Shown piece by piece: positions 37,201-50,700 of a stretch of DNA of 64,000 nucleotides. The position numbers and the translations under genes were made by a program. The notes below the pieces were generated by a model. The model ran no database searches. It saw only the letters and a list, made by a program, of their open reading frames with translations, and was not told the DNA's origin. The DNA is from Narcine bancroftii (lineage: Eukaryota), in contig NC_091481.1 in NCBI RefSeq assembly GCF_036971445.1, forward strand, positions 72,602,001-72,666,000. The letters are read 5' to 3'. Each line of letters opens with the position of its first letter. Within the stretch, counting starts at the first letter, position 1.

Positions 37201-38873
37201 TGTTTTCGTCTGCCATCAGCAGAAATTGCCTGAAGCACTCCTTGCAGTCAAGAGAAAGAGGAGCAAAAGAGAGTTCCTCCAGAGTCACTGAATGTCTGTG
37301 GATTTGCCTAAGCACTTCCAGAGACCCCGGAGCCACAGAGTCCAGTCCAAACCATCGACAGCCCGAGCTCCAGATCCAAACCTCTGACCAATCAGGAAAC
37401 CTTCAGCGCCCTCTTGGATGCTTAGAACACATCAAACATGACCTCATCCACTTTGATTCCTCCTCAAAAACTACACTCAAGTTCATCTTTTGTGACTTTC
37501 CCTTCACAAATCCCTCCTGACCCTGACTGAGCTGTTACCTTCCAATTTCTCAGAACCTTGCCCACTGATAAAGTCAAACTGATGGGCCTGGAATTTATCA
37601 GCTTCCTTAGATACTAACTCTCCTGTCCATAAGTAAGGTTTAAGATCGCTATTCTCTGTTGTGATTATGGGATTCTTGGATCTCTACAGCGATGGTTCAC
37701 TATCTTCGAACTGTGCAGACAAAGGTCTCTTTTGATCAATCTTAGACTGAAATATGATTTGTACATGGTGAAGTTTGCAAAGTCACAGTGAGTTTCTAGA
37801 CCTGTATGATGTGCCATCAACAATAGTGCAGTACAGGAGATGATGAGTTTATTGTTATACACATTGTACAATGTACACATGCTGAGGAAACTCTTCAAAC
37901 AGGTACGAGTAAAGAAAAATGTAAAATAGTATTTAATTAAATTAAAAGAAATAGATTTATTCACAGTAATCAGATTGCAAAAATGTGACAATAGTGCAAT
38001 GGTGCAGACAGTCCGTAATTCAGGGAGGTTCAAGAACCTGACCATTGTTGGAAAGAAACTGTTCTTGCCCTAGAGGTACTGGTCTTCTGGCTTCTGTAGC
38101 TTCTGCCTGAAGGTAGCAGTGAGAAGAAGTTGTGACCGGAGGGATGGGGGTGCCTTCTTCAGTGTCAGATCTTCATTTGACCTGATTTAGATCTCTGCCA
38201 CCCTACGCTGTTTTAGTTGGTGCATGCACCTCCACACATTCATTCAGTCTCTATCTCTAGCTGAGGAGTTTGCACAGTTCTGGATGCCTACACATTGTGC
38301 AGTTGATGTGATCAGGAGCTTAACTGCAGTCAGATCTGCACTACGTCATCTGTACGTAGTTCTGGTTCACCATTAAATCTCCAATGTATAATCTGTGCTT
38401 GATTTTAGATATTCACACTCACACTTGTACAAGGGTCCAGAATTCCATCCTCTGCAGGTGAATGAATAATCCTTGGTCTCTGTCCAGTTTAAACCTCTCT
38501 ACCGTACTGCAGATGTTTCGAGAACTTCATGCAGTGAATGTGGAAAACCATAGATAGCACGGTTGGTGGGTAATCCAGAACACTGCTAAAGCCATGAGGC
38601 ATAGGGCTCCCAGAGGGAGAGGCAACATGCTGACCAGGTGCTCATATACGATACACATACTGGACTGTAATTCCCATATTTATTCTCTAAGGTGGGGGGG
38701 GGGGGCTTCCCTCCCAGCTTGGTCCCTCCCATAATTGTGGGAATGCTGCTCCTATAACCATTCTAAAGGGGGAGAAAGGGATCAAGAGCCAGCATTTATG
38801 ATCTGGTGGGGTGTGGTTCCAGGACTTGTCTGGTCGTGTGAATTCATTGCCTTTGGAAATTAGATACAAGTTA

Positions 38874-39452
38874 CACAGGACAACAAATTCAAGAAGTTTC
38901 TTCCTGAAAAAAAGTGGTGATTATGATAGGCAACTTCAAGGTGAACAAGATAATTTCCAATTTGCTGTATCAAGGAAATATTAACTTTGATTGAATTTAG
39001 CCTGTTTAATCGCACAGCGATGCTGACGCATCACATTCGTTCGACTGACCTAAGAATGTTGTGCCGCTGATTTTCATTTGTACTCAGCATCTGATGCCTC
39101 TCGTGTCAGTGTCCAACAATAGTCGGCCGGCATTGATGGATTCCAGTTACCCTGATATCGCTTTTCCATGGTCAGTGTCTTGGTGAAACCTTTCACCATG
39201 TTTGCCACTGACAGCACCAAGACCACCAGGGAAGAAGCCCAAGTGTGAATGCAGAAAATGAATTTTCACTGACATGTTGGTTTTAGATGCCTGAAGTCGA
39301 CTTAAAATGTGACAGGAAATCACAAAAATAGGTAATATCTAAAAAGATAGTACATGGAAAGAAAATTTTAAGGTGATTTTTGTGACCGGCAGTCCAAAAT
39401 CCATTAAATACACCTACAAGTGTTCAGGAAACAAAATTTTAGTTGTCCAGTG
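38874..39452 (-). mobile_element. Non-autonomous CMC/Chapaev3-like DNA transposon
   Basis: TIRs cac(a/t)ggacaac, 3-bp TTA TSD on both sides; interior is the reverse complement of the 61088-61685 copy. Confidence 0.75.
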
Positions 39453-39819
39453 TTATTTGTGGGGTGGGGGGGGGGGGGTGTCTTAATGAAACATATCCAG
39501 TGGCCACAAGGCCTGTATTTTATTCTTTGTGGCAGATTCTAAAAGTGTGGCTGAGTGTGGAATGAGTGGTGTGCTGTAGTTGTCACCATGCTTGTGTAGG
39601 TGTGCGTGTATGTCCAGATTTTCAGTTTTACCTGGACACTTGTATATCTGAAGCTCAGAGAACAGAATCTAATTTATCATTCAGTGTGAATTCTAGGTTC
39701 AGGCTGTTTACAAAGTAAGCGATTAAAAGTAATTATTGAGGAGACAGCAACAAGTTATTTTGTATTATTTGTTACTTAGCAACAAATGTCTTTGTATTTT
39801 TGGACTATGGTGCATGGAA

Positions 39820-39825
39820 AATAAA
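39820..39825 (+). terminator. Candidate polyadenylation signal of the SLC6 gene
   Basis: AATAAA in AT-rich unique sequence with upstream TTTGTA motifs, ahead of the BAX promoter. Confidence 0.3.
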
Positions 39826-40674
39826 GCAAATACATGTGCAGACTGATAAGTTATGATTTATTAGCAATTGTGCACACTCTTGTAAGAAGAGCGCCAGTAA
39901 TTTGTAACACATCGTTCTGTTGTACAAAGAATCCAGTGAAAAATTCAATGTGCACATGAATGGCTTGGCCTGGGATTTGTGTTCCAGCTGCGTTCCATTT
40001 TTCCCCCCTGGACTTCTCTGTCAGCCGAAGAAGGGCAAGGCCCGAAACATCGGGAATACATCTTTACCTCTTATGGATAATGCCTTTATTGAGACTAAAG
40101 TAGGAAGGATAATACTGTATATAAAGAGGGGGGAGGGGGGAAGAGATGGAGTCCTCCCTAAATACTTCAAGATTTCTTTATTGTCATGGAATAAAGATAG
40201 TGTAATATTACACTCAATTTGGATTTTCCTGCCGTAAGGCAGACAGATTCACCATTGGCAGAAATTGCCTGAAGTGCCTCTTACAGTCAGAGGAAGCAGA
40301 AGAGAGTCCCCCCAGGGTCACCAAGTGTCCGTGGATTCACCTCCAGGGTTTCTGCAGCCGCACAGACCCATGTTCAATCCATCGACAGTCAACCTGATCT
40401 CCAGATCCAAACCTCCGACACGATCAGGAAGCCTTCATGGCTGAGGCCCTTTGGGAACCCCTCCTGCCCTCAGCAGATTTCAGATTTATTGCTAGAGTGA
40501 CATCACATATAACCCTGAGATTCTTTTTTTCCCTGCGGATGAGGCAGAATTACCACTTATTGGTAGTGCAAATAAAAACTACAGGGTATATATGTAAACA
40601 AATAGAGGCAGGTAGGTGGAGATGATCCTATCATCAGGTAGGCCCGTCAGCGGCTATACTTTGTGAGTATGACA

Positions 40675-41148
40675 CCGAAGACTCTTGTATACATCTGAAG
40701 ATGTACTGTGGAGAGCATTCTGGATGGTTGCATCACTGCCTGGTATGGAGGCACCAACTCTCAGGACAAGAATAAACTTCAGAGGGTTGTTCACTTGGCC
40801 TGCAACATCACAGGCACCAGACTTCACTCCATCAAGGTCAACTACATGAGGCGGTGTCTTAAAAAAGCAGCCTCTATCCTCAAAGACCCCCACCACCCAG
40901 GCCATGCCCTCTTCACTCTGCCACCATCAGCGAAAAGGTCCAGGAGCCTAAAGACGAGCGCTCAGCGGCGCAAGGACAGCTCCTTCCCCTCCGCCATCAG
41001 ATTCCTGAATGGACAATGAACCCAGATGCTGCTTGACTGTTATTGTTTCTGTTGGGAGTGGTTATAATATGAATGTTCGGACTCCGACGCTGCAGCAAAC
41101 ACCGAATTTCATGACTTGTTCGTGACAATAAATCCTGATTCTGATGAT
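40675..41148 (+). mobile_element. Rex1/Babar-like LINE 3' fragment just upstream of the BAX promoter
   Basis: ORF 40708-41019 ESILDGCITAWYG...LQRVV...KDPHHPGHALFTLPPS...AIRFLN; tail aataaatcctgattctga. Related copies at about 17300-17640(-), 37950-38160(-), 45740-46060(+) and 62410-62810(-). Confidence 0.8.
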
Positions 41149-41379
41149 CTTGCTCCATTTTCCATTCCAGCACACTTTTTGAGATCTTGCCCCCATACAT
41201 TTTCCATTGAACCCAGCAAGTTTCAAGGGAGTGCAGTCTTCTCCCATACCCAAACTGTCAGTCCTCCTCCTGTCCTTAGGGGACACTGGGAATGAGGGTA
41301 GGCCACAGAGCTGATTACCACCTCCCGTCCTCTGGGAGGCGCTGCCAGTCTCTTCTGACCACGCGCTTCTGAACATTCA

Positions 41380-41700
41380 AATCAGGGCACGGCCAGAGTT
41401 CAGTGATTGGAGGAATAGTAATGAGAGGGCGACGGAGGGGTGATGGCCCCGCATGCGCTCTGCGCCCTAGCAACGCTGCGGGCGCCGGCCGAGGGACTGC
41501 GCGATGGCGGAAGCGGGCGCCGGCGACTGTGGCTGTGGTGCTGCCAAGGGCCAGAGGCGGAGGAATGCGTCCGGGCGGGCTGCCACGGCGAGGCCGATGG
41601 GTGAGGAGGGAGCCGAGGGTGTGCAGGGCCCAGCGGCGGGAAGCGGCCCAGTTGGGCTGAGGCCCAGTTGGGCTGAGGCCTCGCGTCTGTCCTGGGGAGG
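41380..41700 (+). promoter_or_regulatory. BAX CpG-island promoter
   Basis: CpG-dense region around the ATG; reverse CCAAT (ATTGG 41406-41410); NRF1-like CGCATGCGC at 41450-41458. Confidence 0.75.
41504..41600 (+). CDS. BAX: BAX exon 1 (coding part)
   Basis: gcgATGG Kozak context in a CpG island; GTGAGG donor at 41601 in the phase 1 required by exon 2. An alternative phase-1 donor exists at 41538. Confidence 0.7.
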
Positions 41701-44700
41701 GATTTCTTGGTGAAGGGGAATGGGGGGTTTGAGGGGTATTGGGGTGGTATGTGGGGGTAGGAGGGGGCATTGGGTGGTATGTGTGGTTAGGAGGGGGCAT
41801 TGGGTGCTATGTGGGGGTAGGAGGGGGCATTGGGGTGGTATGTGGGGGTAGGAGGGGGCATTGGGTGGTATGTGTGGTTAGGAGGGGGCATTGGGTGCTA
41901 TGTGGGGGTAGGAGGGGGCATTGAGGTGGTATGTGGGGGTAGGAGGGGGCATTGGGGTGGTATGTGGGGGTAGGAGGGGGCATTGGGGTGGTATGTGGGG
42001 GTAGGAGGGGGCATTGGGGTGGTATGTGGGGGTAGGAGGGGGCATTGGGGTGGTATGTGGGGGTAGGAGGGGGCATTGGGGTGGTATGTGGGGGTAGGAG
42101 GGGGCATTGGGGTGGTATGTGGGGGTAGGAGGGGGCATTGGGGTGGTATGTGGGGGTAGGAGGGGGCATTGGGGTGGTATGTGGGGGTAGGAGGGGGCAT
42201 TGGGGTGATATGAGGGGGTAGGAGGGGGTAGTGGGAGGAGATGTGAGAGTGGTTGTTCTGGGAGGTGGGGGTGATGGTGAAGAGGCTGGTCCCATTGCTC
42301 AGTTGTGGCAGTCATGACATCCTTATTGGTTCTTTGAGCAACATCTGAGTGCAGGGAATTTTAACACAAGAATTGTTAGCCGGTCTGGATTCCACGGTTT
42401 CAGCTTGCCCTGCTACGAATCCTCTTGGGTTTTCTAAAGCTGGAAGTGATGGTGTTAGATCAATCCTGTTTTCTTGGGGGTGGGAGAAAATGAAAGAGGC
42501 TAATCTCTGCTGTGGTGGTGGAGGGGGCTGAGTACGGGGGGCAGCCCCATTCATCTTTGTGGCAGGTAACCGATTTTGCCACTTTCTTCGATGAAGGATT
42601 GCTGATTGTGACATGTTAAATTTGTCCACCTTGGGCCATGGGTGCTGGGCTGTGTATTGTGATGGCGTACTGGCACATCTTCACTTGGTTGCCTGGCCCT
42701 AAGGTTTCAGAAGTGGAGATGATTCTCTTGGGTGCTGATGATGGTGGGGTGCTGTCATCTTGCCAGAGAGATGTAAAGAAAAGTCCATGGATTTTTTCCT
42801 CTGAAGAATGGGGCTTCCTGGCTCTAATCAAGGAGGAGGAATGATAACAGTTCTTATCTTGGGGATTGGGGTCAGATTTAGGATTGATGACTCATTAGGA
42901 ATTGAAAGAGAGAGTGAGGATTGACAACAAGTAAGAAAATTTCTCAGAGTGAAACATGAAAGTTTGCAGATGCGGTGATTGTACGAAAAACACACCAAAA
43001 TGCTGGAGGAACTCAGCCGGTCTTGCAGCGTCCATAGGAGACAAAGAGATATTGCTGACATTTCAGGCCTGAGCCATTCTTCAAGGAATAAGCAAAGTCC
43101 AGACCAACAAAGGGTGTTAATTGGTTATGTTAAGGGAAAGCTGAGAATTGATTTTGACTGTGAAAGGAAACAGAAAGGAGAGAGAGAGAGAGCTGGGAGA
43201 AAAGTGGTGGGTGGGGGGAGTTTTAACAGAAACCGGAGAAGTGGATGTTAATGCAATCTAGTTGGAGGGTGACCAGACAGAATATGAGGCGCAGTGCATG
43301 ATACCATGGACAGACATGTCACCAAGGTAATGGGTTGGGGAATTGAAATGGGTAGCCACTGGTAGATCCACACTCTTATAGCCAGGACAGGGTCTATGCT
43401 TGGTCATAGCTGTCTTTCTTAATTCCTTTGTCTTGTAGAAGGCTGATTTTTGTGTTGAGTGTGCCACGTGGAGACTAGTTGTACAGGAAATCTCATTCAT
43501 CTTTTGTATCATCCCATTGTCTTCCTATGTGTAAATTAAAATGACAAATGTTTTTGACTGTATCAGCACAGCTGATGGTTTTTGATTTTTCCAGCTGTGT
43601 TTACTGGGACAACACGTTACTTGTCACTTTTGTCATGGTTTCTACAAATCTTCCTAAAATTGGGCTCTTTGGAATAATTGCCATTTAATGTCATTTCTAC
43701 CTAGTCCTTGCTGGTGTTTGCTGTTTGCCTTTGTGTCTGGAACTCCAGCTGTTGTCTACAAGACATTTAGCTTAACTAGTGTTTAGTAATCATTTTAAGG
43801 GACAGAAGTTGGCTTGGTACAATTTTTATAAATTGTTATTTTTCTGATTTGTTAAAATTAGTGATAGTTTTATTCTGGGGCTTTGTGGTCACTAAAATCA
43901 GAATCAGTTTATATTACAAATAAGTGAAATGAAAATGATTATAGCATGCCTGTTTGTACATGGAAACCAGTGTTAAAAATAAAGTTGAACAAAGTACTTG
44001 TGTAGTGCCTTACCATATCTGAAAGATGTTCCTGCTGTGAATCAATCCTGTGGAGGTCATCTGAGTGAGCTGCCAAACAATTAAGATGTTGTCTTATTGG
44101 TCTGTTTGTGCAAGAAAACAAAATGTGCTGGAAATCTGAATTTTGAAAATGCTCAACATTCGAGCAGCCTCTGTGGATTCAGTAACAGTTCATGTCAGTC
44201 GCCATTCATCAAATGTGTGGCAGTGTCCGTTTGGATGGCTTAAGAGAGTGGTTCTCAACCTTTTTCCACTGCATAACACCTTCAGTAATCCCTTAGTAAC
44301 CACAGAACCTCTATGCCAGAGGTTAGTAAGGAATTATTGAAGGTGGTATGTGAGTGGAAAAAAAAGAGATTGAGAACCACTGACACGATTTAAAATGTAA
44401 ACACATTTACTCAGCCAATACTGCTGGTTGAAGAAACTGTACCTTGCTTGTGGTTGAATTGCCAGAGACCTCACTGATTCTGTAGTTTGGTATCTGTATG
44501 TCTGTGGGACTGCTTCATTAATAGATTATATTCTGGGCCTCAAAACCTTGATTTTTGCCACGTGGCCTGGTTACCTATTACAGACAGACTGCTTTTCTGA
44601 GAAAGCTAGCAATTCTCAGAATCTCACATCCACTTATTCACTTTGCTTTGTTCCATCATGCATTTCAATTAAATATTGTGTACCAAGTAATCAGAGCCAC

Positions 44701-47700
44701 TTGTTGGACCACTGCTCTGATTTCTTCAGGTTCACTGAGTACTTGAAGTGTTTGTGGATTAAATAATGCATGGGAATATTATCCCACAACCTTGTTTTCA
44801 GTTTATCTCAGCAATTTGTCCAATGCAAGTCTTTGAACATCAAATAGCCCACAGCACATCAGAGGAACGCAATTTTTTTAAAAAAAAGGTCAGAGGTGCA
44901 GACGATGAGTCAGGTTGGCAAGAGCTTTTTGAAAAGTACACTGGGAGGAACGTGTTGGAGTGGGTGGGAGGTTTATGGATATACCAGGTTTGGGACCAGA
45001 TGGCTGAAGAACTATGTACTGATGATAGCGTGCATGAAGCAATATGGAGTTGACGATTGGAAAAAACTGATAGTCATCCTTTCAGTTTCAATAGTAATGA
45101 GTTTATTGTTGTCTACTTGTACAGTGCACCAAAGTTCCTAACCCTAACACTCGATGAAGGGCTCAAGCCCAAAATGTTGGTGATGTCCCTTTATCTTGTA
45201 TAAAGTCACTGTTTTTGACCTGCTGAGTTTCTCCAGCATTGTGTTTTTACTTTTGCACCAAACTTCTTGCTTGCTGCAGCTGAACAGGTACAGAACTTCA
45301 TTTTTAAACAAAAGTAAACTGTAAATCAGAGATAAATACAAAAGATGGGTAATTAGTGGAAATCAAAAATAATGCAGACAGTTCTTTTTGTGGTGTCAGA
45401 ATATTATTTGATTGTTACCCTGTGCCTGTTAGCACCACTTTGTTCTCTTCTCAGTCTCTCCTCGTGTGCTCTTTAAAGCAATCTCTGATCAAACTTACGG
45501 CTTTTTCTAACCCTTGAGTGAATTGGGATGGGGTTTTTGACGGAACATTTTTGCGGATTAAGGTGATGCCGATAGAATGAAAAAAGGGAAATGCTCAGCA
45601 GCACCCTGTTAAGGAGAATATTAATTTTTCGGATCCTGGATTTTTAAAAATTCAGAACTAGGAATAAATTAGGAAATAAGTACATTGGAAGTTGGAGAAC
45701 AGGCAATGATGCCATTTGTAGTGCTGGCAGAGAGAGCATCATGGGCACCAGACATCACACCATTGAGGACATCTACAAGAGGTGGAGTCTTAAAGCATCC
45801 TTGATCCTCAAGGACCCGCACCACCCAGGCTGTGCCCTCTTCACTCTGCTATCATTGGTGAGGAGGTACAGGGGCCTGAATATGAACACTCAGCGGCATA
45901 AGGGGAGCTTCTTCCTTTCCGCCATCAAATTCCTAAATGATCAATGAACATTGACTTTTCATCCACTATTTTTATTTATTTTTGTAAGATGGCTGAGATA
46001 AATTTTTGCACGATGATGCTGCCACAAAGCAACAAATTTCTTGTTCGTGACAATAAATTCTGTTTCAGAATGAAAATGTTTAAAGGCAGTTATCTATCAG
46101 GAGGATGTGAGAACGGGGTTTGAATGAGAACATGGGAGGGAAATGGAACTTGCTTCTCCCTCTGTATTGGAACCCATTTCATTTTCTTGTTCCATTTCCC
46201 AACTGTTTTGCCTAACTGTATTTTAAGATGTGGGACATTTTTCTAGTTTGGTTCCATTGGTGGGAGAGATTTGTGCAGATATCACTGATCTGCATTGTGC
46301 CCTATAGCTGATCTTTATTGGTGATCACGTTTCAGCAGGTGTAATCTAACTATGTTTCTTTATTCTTTTTAGACCAAGATAGTGAGCAAATCATGCGCAC
46401 GGGGGAAACACTTTTACGGGGGTAAGTGTCAGGTTATTTTTGTTCTCAGTAATCACTGTAAGGTCAGGATTAATGACATTTCTTGCTCCGTTGAAGCCTC
46501 TGGAGAGGTGGTGTGGAAATTTCACTAAGGTTGTTGTTTCCAGACTTAGACCATTATGAGTCCGTTACTGGCCAACTGTTTCTCCAAACTGGGAAAAATC
46601 TAGCATCACCTGTAGAAGGTGGAAAGGTGTGAAGCGAGCTGAAATTGAAGACATTTTACAGAATTATAAAAACAGAGAATGCTGGAAACACTCAGCAGTT
46701 TAGCCGCGTTTGTCAGAACTAGGAAAAAGATTCAGAAGGTGGATTCTGAATGGGTTCAGTGCAGATGTGTGGTGATTTCACCTTGGAACAATTGACAAAT
46801 TGAGAGTTGGGGACTGCAGGAAGTGACATATAGCTGGGAGAGATGAGAGAATTAATGCTTGAGAGGTCCATGAGAACATAGAATGTTACAGCACAGTACA
46901 GGCCCTTTGGTCCACAATGTTGTGCCGACCCATATACTTACCAAAAAAACTAACCCCCCCCCAACCCGTAACCCTCTATTTTTCTTTTATCCATGTGCCT
47001 GTCTGAGAATCTCTTAAATGCCCCTTTTGTTCCAGCCTCCATCACCATCCCTGGCAATGCATTCCAACCTTGCCCCTGATCTCTCCCCTAAACATTCCTC
47101 CCACAGATCACAAGAGTAGAAGTTGGCCATTTGGCCCCACTACCCGGCCTTCTCCCCGTAACCCTTGATGCCCTGACTAATCAAATACCTGTCAATCTCT
47201 GCCTTAAGTACACCCAACAACCTTCTCTCTACAGCTGCCTGTGGCAACAAGTTCCACAGACTCACGACCCTCTGGCTAAAGAAATTTCTCTGCATTTCTG
47301 TTTTAAATTGATGCCTTTTTATCGTGAAATTGGCCCTCTTATCCTAGTCTCCCCGACCACGGGAAACAGCATTATCACATCTACTCTGTCCAGGCCTTTC
47401 AGCATTTAAAATGCCTCTGAGATCCCCCTTCATCCTTCTGTTACCAATGATTACAGTCCAAGAGCCGACAAATACTCCTCATATTCATTCCTGGTATTAT
47501 TCTAGTAAATCTTCTCACCTTTCTCAAATAAGATGTCCAAAACTGTACACATCTGCCATCTTTTTGCCCATTCTCCTAATCTATCCAAGTCTCTCTGCAG
47601 CCTTTCCATGTCCTCAGCACCACCAGCTTTTCCTCCTACTTTGGTGTCAACCCCAAATCTATTCCATTATCCAAATTATTTACATACAACACAAAAAAGA

Positions 47701-50700
47701 AGCAGCCCAACACTGACCCCTGCAGAACACCACAAATTACAGGCAACTGACCTGAATAGGATCCCCTTATTCCGACTCTCTGCCTATTAACCAATGCTCT
47801 ACCCATGCTAGTTTCCTTCCTGTAATTCCATGAGGTCTCATATGTGGCCCCTTGTTGAAGGCCTTTTGAAAGTCCAAGTACACAAAATCCACTGCTTTTT
47901 CCCTGTCCATATGGTTTGTTATCTCCTCAAAAAATTGTAGTAGGTTTGTCAGGAATGATTTTCGTCTCATATTTCCATTCTCAACTTTCTTTCCTTTTGG
48001 TCAGTGCCTGTCCTGCATTTTCCTTATTTCTCACAGAAACTCCAGCCATTGGTGATCGGCTGTCTTCCCCATTACTGTGCTTTTCCAATTGACTTTGGCC
48101 AGTTCCACTCTCACGCAACTGTAATTTCCTTTACTCCACTGAAATATCGACACATTGGACTTCAGCATTTCCTTTTCAAATTTCACAAAGAACTCAAATC
48201 ATATTGTGATCGCTGCCTCCCAAGGGTCTCTTTACCTTGAGCTCTCTAATAACCTCTAGTTCATTACTCAGCACCCAATCCAGAACAGCTAATCCCCTGG
48301 GGGGGGTTAATCAACAAGCTGCTCCAAAAAGCCATCCTGTTGGCATTCCACAAACTCCCTCCTGAGGTCCCATACTGACCTGACTTTTCCAATCTACTTT
48401 CATGTTAAAATCCCCTATTGCTATTGTAATTACTTCCAGTTGTATTTTGTAGTCCACATCCCAGCTGCTCTTTGGGAGCCTCTGGCTGCCCACCTTATCT
48501 ATGCCTCTCAGAATCTTCTAGATACCTATTTAATCACCTCTCATCCTTCTTCACTGCAAAGAGAAAAATCCCAGCTCTGCTCACCTTGCCTCGTAAGTCT
48601 TATTTTCCACTCCAGGCAATATCCTGGTGAATCTCCTCTGCACCCTCTCCATAGCTTCCACATCCTTCCTGTAATGTGATCAGAACGGAACACAATGTTC
48701 CACATGTGGTCTCACCAGAGATTTGTAGAGCTGCAACATTACCACATGGTTCCTGAACTCAACCCCTCGTCTAATAAAGCCCAGCATCCCATAGGCCTTC
48801 TTAATTGTCCTCTCAACCTGCATGGTAACCTTAAAAGAAGTAAGGATTTTATTGATCTTGGAAAATTGACAAAAGTATTTAAATTCCAGATTTATCGTGG
48901 ATCGAACCAATAGAGGTGTTGATGGTTGTGACGTGTCTTTAACTGTCACTGAGCTTGGTGGTCAAGAGGATGAACTATGTAAACCTGACCTGAAACGCCT
49001 TGCCAATTGCCTGAGGCAGATCGGAGACGAGCTCGATAGCAACATGGAACTGCAAAGGTGAGGTGTAGTCCAGCCAATGCCCTTGGCCAAAGACGCATCG
49101 TCAGCTCTGATGCTGGATGCTTGGTGTTGCTGCTGTATAGGATTTGGTTCTCTTCTTCACTCCACTCCAGCCCACCCATGATGGTGAGTTCGGAGGGCCT
49201 AAGATGTAATGAATCCTGGACACGGTTTAGTAACAGATAAAAAGCAACTACACACAAATCATGTGCATCAGACACCGATAAATCACCGATAATCACAGCT
49301 CCTATGTGTAAACGCGAGGGTTAAACAAATGATAACCGCCATCCCTCTCTCGTGGCAGGCAGAGCACACTGATTAACAGCAACGAGTGAGGTGTGACAAT
49401 TTCTCTCTCTCTCTCTCTCTCTCAAGTATGCACAACCACAGCCCCCACCCCTTACTAACACACACCTTATAATCCACGGCATGACTTGGAATAGAGCTTG
49501 GAGTTTGTTCCCGGGGGAAAGAGGCAGAGTTGCTTCAGTGGTGGACTTTGTACTGCGGCTGGCTTGGGGGGTGGGGGGGGTGGTGTCTGGCTCGGGTGTG
49601 CCCACCTGATCTAAGGTGTCGAGGAGAACCGATTCTGACGTAGACTCACCTGCAGGTGGATCTAAGCTTGATTGGTAGATGAGGTGACTTCCAACTTGGT
49701 TCCCGCTGGGGAAGTCGGGTGACCCTCTGTCGTACACCTGCCCCATTAACTGAATCTAATTTCACTTGCAGGTCACTGGGGAAGAAATGATGAGGTGCTG
49801 GGGAATTCCAGGAAACCTTTGTGTGTTAGTCTGCAATGATCTTCTACTGTGTGGTGGGGGAGGCTGTGCTCGAGTATCAGATGCATCCTAAAAACACACT
49901 GAAATGCTGGAGGAACTTTTTCTGGAGTTTTGTCGACTTCACTACTCCCCTGAAAGACTGGGCTGAGCTCCTCCAGCATTCTGGTGTGTTTTCACAATAA
50001 TCACAGCATCTGCAGACTTTTGCGTTTCACTCAGACTTGTCCTGACAATTCTTCGTGTCTCTGCCCAATTCCTGCTGTCCTGTGTCCTTGCAAGTGTAAC
50101 AGTGGCACTTCCATTTCCTCCTGTACACAGGATGATCGATGACATTAGCACCCAGTGTCCAAAGGAGACGTTCATCAAAGTGGCCAAGGAACAGTTTGCT
50201 GACGGAGTCATCAACTGGGGAAGAGTGGTGACTCTCTTTTATTTTGCCTGCAAACTTGTTGTGAAGGTACGTGAAGTTGATCCCCAACTGATCTGTTCTC
50301 TGGCAGCAAGGTTGCTGCTCTGAGGAATTACAGGGTTACCTCAAAATATTCACCAGCTGCTTGAAGTCTTGTAGACCTCACATCCTTCTCAAGAGAAAAG
50401 TCCCAGCTCTGCTCACCTTGCCTGATAAAACTTATTTTCCAATCTGGGTAACATCCTGGTGAATCTCCTCTGCTTCCACCATCCTTCCTGTAATGAGGTG
50501 ACCAGAACTGTGCACAATATTCTAAGTGTGGTCTCACTATAGATTCATGGAGTTGCAACATGACCTCTCAACTCTTGAACTCAATCCCCAGCATCCCATA
50601 GACCCTCTTATCAACTTGTGCAGGTGTCTTTGAGTGATGTTTGGGAGGAAAGGTTTGGAAGAGGGATTTAATGGAAGAATAGGGAAGGGAAGAGTTGTTC

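Noticed and set aside
41565-41600. ATG 41565 ([12 protein letters not shown]) as the BAX start
   Set aside because: It gives phase 0 at the 41601 donor, whereas exon 2 needs phase 1.
41807-42315. Extensin-like Pro-rich minus-strand ORFs
   Set aside because: Reverse translation of the 31-bp G-rich minisatellite.
41300-46400. p53 response element in the BAX promoter or intron 1
   Set aside because: By eye I found only isolated half-site-like decamers (e.g. near 43312 and 43942), not a paired RRRCWWGYYY site; a PWM scan would be needed.
49205-49750. Possible LTR fragment in BAX intron 3
   Set aside because: A TG..CA-like segment is present, but there is no TSD or second copy to support it.
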